Shown here: positions 57,633 to 64,000 of the stretch, one piece after another
How the letters are laid out: every line of letters begins with the position of its first letter
How positions within the stretch are numbered: the first letter of the stretch is position 1
Source of the DNA: Kofleriaceae bacterium
Lineage (GTDB): Bacteria > Myxococcota_A > Polyangia > Haliangiales > Haliangiaceae
DNA length: 64,000 nt
Assembly: GCA_046597055.1 (NCBI GenBank)
Contig: JBKJLC010000293.1
Coordinates: 1 to 64,000, forward strand
Direction: 5' to 3'
Notes under the pieces: model-generated
Told to the model about the DNA's origin: nothing
The model's database searches: none
What the model saw: only the letters and a program-made list of their open reading frames with translations
Program-made: the position numbers and the translations under genes

Positions 57633-59474
57633 CTACAGCCGCTGGCCCCAGGGATGGCGCGCGATCAGCGCCACCGCCCGGGTCCGCGCCCGATCATCGA
57701 GCCGGTCGTCGGCGGCCTCCGCCAGCGCGGCCGCCAGCTCGGTCGCCGAGGCGAACCGGTCTATGCGATCCTTGGCCAGCCCGATCGCGAGCACCCGGTC
57801 GACATCGGCGGGCAGCTCGATCAGCGCCGACGGGCGGGTCGGCATCTTGAAGACGACGTCGTAGAGCGTCGACGGCACGTCCTTGCCGGTGAACGCCGGG
57901 TGGCCGGTGAGACAGCGGTAGACGATCGCCGCCAGCGCGTAGACGTCGGCGCGCAGGTCGACCTCCTCGCCGCGGGCTTGCTCGGGCGCCATGTAGCCCG
58001 GGGTGCCGACCACGTGCCCGGCGGTGAGGGTACCGCCGTGGTCGGCGACCTTCGACACGCCGAAGTCGAGCAGCTTCCAGGTGAAGCGGCCGGTCTCCTC
58101 GGCGAGGAACAGGTTGTGGGGCTTGATGTCGCGGTGCACGACGCCGGTCCGGTGCGCGACCTCGAGGCCGGTCGCGAGCTGCCGGACCAGGATCACCACC
58201 TGGGCGAGCGGGAGCCGACGGGCCCGGCGCAGGTGGTGGGCGAGATCGAAGCCGCGCAGCCGCTCCATCGCGATGAACGGAATCTCGCCGGCGGTCATGC
58301 CGACCTCGTGGACCGCCACCAGGTACGGGCTGTCGAGCCGCGCCGCCACCTCGGCCTCGCGCAAGAAGCGCGCGACCGCCTGCGGATCCGCCAGCGTGCT
58401 GGGGTGCAGCAGCTTGACCGCCGCGTCGCGCTGGTCGTGGACGCTGGTCGCGTCATAGACCTCGCCCATGCCCCCGCGCCCGATCAGGTTGCCCAGCCGG
58501 TACGAGCCGATCTCCTGGCCGGTGTAGCGGCCGGGACCGCCGACCTTGAGCGCGCGATCGAGCTCCTGGCGGACCTCGGCGAGCAGCGCCTCGCGCATCG
58601 AGATCGCGCGCACCGCGCGGTCGAGCCGCTCGACCGCCTCCAGCGTGGCCCGCCGGCTGCGCCGCCCGAAGTACAGCGCCGACAGGTACAGCATCTGGAT
58701 GGTGACGTGCGAGATCACCTGGTCCGGGATCGGCAGCGCGGTCGACCGCATCACGCTGATCTCGGTCACCGCCCCGGTCGCGAACAGCGCGGCCATGGTC
58801 AGGTGTCCGATCGCCCCGAACCCGTACAGGAGCAGCGCGTCGCGCAGGCTGTGGCCGAGGCTGAAAAAATAGACCCCGAACAGCATCATCGAGCAGGCCG
58901 GTGACACCACGCCCCAGTAGAGGGTGCCGCCCAGCATCGCGAGGATGCCGAACACGCCGGCGACCAGCACCCGGCTGCTGGTGAACCGCGCCGGATCGCG
59001 CATCTGCACCAGGAGCCAGCTGGTGGCGGCCACCACCGCGGCCAGGGTGACGCCGAAGATCGCCTTGGCCACCGGGTTGCCGCCAGCCGGCAGCACCGCG
59101 ACCGACGCGCCCAGCGCGAGCATGATCGCGAGTCGCGAGAACGCGCGGGTGCGCTCGATCTCCTCGACCCGCATCGCGTCGATCGGCGTGGCGGCGGTCG
59201 ACTGCCGGGTGTCGCCCTCGGCGCTCGGCAGCAGGCCGTGGGTCGACGGCAGTTGCTGGGTCGGCTGGCCGTGGACGACGTCGACCGGCCCGGTCGACGC
59301 GGTCGCGCTCGGTCCCGGCCGGCGGCGCGCCGCCGGGGCCGCCGCCTGGGTCGCCGACTCGCGGATCAGATCGAAGGTCGCACCGTCGAGAACGTCGCGA
59401 TCGTCGCCGTGCGGGTCGGGCGTCGCCGGATCAGCGCCGACGGCGTCCCCCTTGCTGCGCTCGCGCCCCGTCAC
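57633..59474 (-). CDS. Ser/Thr kinase with N-terminal multi-TM domain and C-terminal kinase
   Basis: About 5 TM; GRGGMGEVY, HRDIKPHN, DFGVSK, YMAPEQ. Confidence 0.93.
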   Translation of the reverse strand: MTGRERSKGDAVGADPATPDPHGDDRDVLDGATFDLIRESATQAAAPAARRRPGPSATASTGPVDVVHGQPTQQLPSTHGLLPSAEGDTRQSTAATPIDAMRVEEIERTRAFSRLAIMLALGASVAVLPAGGNPVAKAIFGVTLAAVVAATSWLLVQMRDPARFTSSRVLVAGVFGILAMLGGTLYWGVVSPACSMMLFGVYFFSLGHSLRDALLLYGFGAIGHLTMAALFATGAVTEISVMRSTALPIPDQVISHVTIQMLYLSALYFGRRSRRATLEAVERLDRAVRAISMREALLAEVRQELDRALKVGGPGRYTGQEIGSYRLGNLIGRGGMGEVYDATSVHDQRDAAVKLLHPSTLADPQAVARFLREAEVAARLDSPYLVAVHEVGMTAGEIPFIAMERLRGFDLAHHLRRARRLPLAQVVILVRQLATGLEVAHRTGVVHRDIKPHNLFLAEETGRFTWKLLDFGVSKVADHGGTLTAGHVVGTPGYMAPEQARGEEVDLRADVYALAAIVYRCLTGHPAFTGKDVPSTLYDVVFKMPTRPSALIELPADVDRVLAIGLAKDRIDRFASATELAAALAEAADDRLDDRARTRAVALIARHPWGQRL

Positions 59475-59528
59475 GTGATCCCGAGTCTAGCATCGGGGTC
59501 GCCTGCGCTCCGCCCGATGCGGACCCGC

Positions 59529-60449
59529 TCAGACGGGCGTGCACGCCGTCAGCGGGACGCAGCTGCCGGTCCAGCATCCGCCTTGCACCCCGGCGACGGT
59601 GCCGTCGGGGCAGACCGGTGGCGGCATCGCACACGCCGCGTCGCCGTAGCAGTCGCCCGGCTCGTCGCCGGGCACGCAGGTCCCCTCGCAGATCGGCGTG
59701 GGCGGGCACTCGAACCCGGGCGCCGAGTCGCAGGGATAACAGCGTGGCTCGCAGTGCGCCTCCGGGCCGCAGTCGATCCCGGCGCACACGTCGCCCGGCG
59801 GCACGCAGCGGCCGTAGCACACCGGCGGACACGCCTCGCCGGGTTCGCAGCCGGGCGGCGGCAGGCACTCGGTCTCGCTGGTGCAGTCCCAACCGCTCGG
59901 ACACTCGCTGTCCCCGTAGCAGCCGGGCACCGGCGTCTCCGACGCGCACTCGAAGAACCGCAGCGCGAGCGCCGGCGGCGTGAAGTACGCCAGCGGGCGG
60001 TAGTGCGCCTCGCAGTCGTTACGGCGCGAGCACGCGTGCGCGTCGAGCGCGCTGCACGCGACCCGCGAGTCGTCGGGGCCCGACGGCGCCAGGCCCCAGC
60101 ACTCGTGGAAGTTCCATGGCGCCTCGCAGCGGGCATTCGGCGGGCACTCGGTGTAGGCGGCCCGGCACGCGACGTCGGCGAGACAGCTCGCCTCGTCCAG
60201 GCCCTCGCAGGGTCCGGGACAGGTCGCCCAGTCGCGTGCCTCGGCCGGCTCGGGCGCGCCGACCCGGGGATCGTCGCAGCTGCTCCCGAACCCCTCGCAG
60301 ACGCCGCTCTGCGGGTCGCGAAGCCCGAGCCGTGCGATCTCGGCACAGTCGTCATCATCATCGTCCTCGCCCCAGTACACCGTGCAGCCGGCGGGGAGCG
60401 CGAGCAGCGCGGCGAGCACGACGAGACCCGTAGCAAGACGCTGGATCAT
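59529..60449 (-). CDS. Cys-rich lipoprotein
   Basis: Lipobox PAGC, GGAG RBS, repeated C...C.G.C modules. Confidence 0.85.
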   Translation of the reverse strand: MIQRLATGLVVLAALLALPAGCTVYWGEDDDDDDCAEIARLGLRDPQSGVCEGFGSSCDDPRVGAPEPAEARDWATCPGPCEGLDEASCLADVACRAAYTECPPNARCEAPWNFHECWGLAPSGPDDSRVACSALDAHACSRRNDCEAHYRPLAYFTPPALALRFFECASETPVPGCYGDSECPSGWDCTSETECLPPPGCEPGEACPPVCYGRCVPPGDVCAGIDCGPEAHCEPRCYPCDSAPGFECPPTPICEGTCVPGDEPGDCYGDAACAMPPPVCPDGTVAGVQGGCWTGSCVPLTACTPV

Positions 60450-60489
60450 GGACACGGCTCCTGTTAGGCGAGACAAGGCTCCCGCTCTC

Positions 60490-60505
60490 AGCAAGGCCCA
60501 CGCCA
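60490..60505 (-). promoter_or_regulatory. sigma54 -24/-12 promoter
   Basis: Minus strand TGGCGTGGGCCTTGCT (GG-N10-GC), ~40 nt upstream of ATG 60449. Confidence 0.65.
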
Positions 60506-60631
60506 GCGCGGCGCGCGAAACAACTGCGCGATCTCATGGACGCCGCGGCGACCGCGACTCAGTTTTGTGAGGCTTGACCGCGGGTACCATCGCGGTTTAC
60601 CCACGACGCGGGTCCGACCCGACCACCCCCC

Positions 60632-61363
<732 letters not shown>

Positions 61364-61410
61364 CCGAGCGGGGCCCCTGGGTGCCCCGCGACGCGTGCTA
61401 AAGACTGGCG

Positions 61411-63177
<1,767 letters not shown>

Positions 63178-63210
63178 TGCGCCGCGCGCGACCTCGGCTA
63201 TAGTCGAGGC

Positions 63211-63429
63211 ATGCGCTTCGAGATCCGTTACTGCGTGATGTGAGGCTACCGGGCCGAGGCTGCCCGGGTGGCGGCCGCATTGCGGAAGGCGCTGGGCGCC
63301 GAGGTCACGCTGGCCTCGGGCGGTCGCGGTGAGTTCACGGTCTGGCGCGACGGCGTGAAGATCGTGGATACGTCGAAGACCGGCGAGTTCCCGACCGACG
63401 ACGAGGTCGTGGCCGCGGCTCGCGCCTGA
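63211..63429 (+). CDS. Rdx/SelW-family selenoprotein (CxxU, in-frame UGA at 63241-63243), 72 aa
   Basis: MRFEIRYCVM-U-GYRAEAARVA...GGRGEFTV..DG...FP; GAGG before the ATG; hairpin directly after UGA. Confidence 0.88.
63245..63272 (+). promoter_or_regulatory. Putative bacterial SECIS hairpin
   Basis: GCTACCGGGC-CGAGGCT-GCCCGGGTGGC stem-loop with G-containing apical loop, just 3' of the UGA. Confidence 0.6.
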
Positions 63430-63440
63430 CCCGCGCGAGG

Positions 63441-64000
63441 TCAGCGCGCGCTACCCGGCGTCAGCTCGAACACCTCGACCGACGCTGCGCTGGCGGCCCG
63501 GTACATGCTCGGGTCGATCAGGTACAGCACCGCGTCGTCGTCGCCGTCGGGCGCGTGCGCGCCCAGCTCGTACCGGACCTGATCGCTGCGGACCCACAGC
63601 GTGCGCAGCCCGGCCGGCACCTCGCTCAGGTCGGGGTCGCGCCATCGAACCAGGTCGGCGACGCACTTGGGGTGCCCGGTATGCCCGGCCACCTGGCGAA
63701 CCCCGGCCGGCAGCGAGCGCGGGTGATACCGGCGGGGCCGGACCTGTTCCTGCTCCCACGACCGATCGGCGCCCGGTCGATCGGGATCCGCCGGCCGGTG
63801 ATAGAGCAGGCCACCGCCCTCGGCGAGCCCGCCATCGCGGCCGATCGCGCCCGGCACATGGAGCGGCGCCAGCGACAGCGGCACCCAGTCGCCAGCGGTC
63901 CAGGACGGCCGCACCACCTCGACCGCGGCGTCGAGGTGCCGCTCGAGCGCGTCGGCGATCACCTCGGCCGACCGCGCTCCGTCGAGGCCGAGCAGCCCGA
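63441..64000 (-). CDS. C-terminal part of a probable metallophosphoesterase-like protein (runs off the window)
   Basis: Open frame to the window edge; QVAGHTGH resembles the GHxH motif. Confidence 0.5.
   Translation of the reverse strand, partial: GLLGLDGARSAEVIADALERHLDAAVEVVRPSWTAGDWVPLSLAPLHVPGAIGRDGGLAEGGGLLYHRPADPDRPGADRSWEQEQVRPRRYHPRSLPAGVRQVAGHTGHPKCVADLVRWRDPDLSEVPAGLRTLWVRSDQVRYELGAHAPDGDDDAVLYLIDPSMYRAASAASVEVFELTPGSAR

Overview
Very GC-rich, gene-dense chromosomal segment. The gene content (eukaryote-like Ser/Thr kinases, FHA, PEGA, CHAT, Cys-rich lipoproteins, several sigma54-type promoters, DUF2760/Hsp70-like pair) suggests a myxobacterium; this taxon call is inferred. Core functions: sirtuin, HelD/UvrD-like helicase, speA, P5C dehydrogenase, agmatinase, msrA, the tyrosine catabolism operon (fahA-maiA-hppD-hmgA), an Mla/Pqi-type ABC operon and a TolC-MFP-RND efflux operon facing a sigma54 two-component system. 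Highlights not called as separate ORFs in the track: (1) a two-gene graspetide-type RiPP locus, with an ATP-grasp ligase followed by a 49-aa double-glycine-leader precursor carrying a Thr/Ser/Cys/Asp/Lys core; (2) a UGA-recoded CxxU Rdx/SelW-type selenoprotein with a SECIS-like hairpin; (3) a structured non-coding element of about 0.2-0.4 kb present twice, one copy abutting a truncated ABC gene. Also notable: an ECF sigma factor paired with an anti-sigma-CHAT protease fusion, and a GNAT-PlsC-like-agmatinase operon. No rRNA, tRNA, CRISPR array or transposase was recognised. All calls come from motifs read by eye; no database searches were run.
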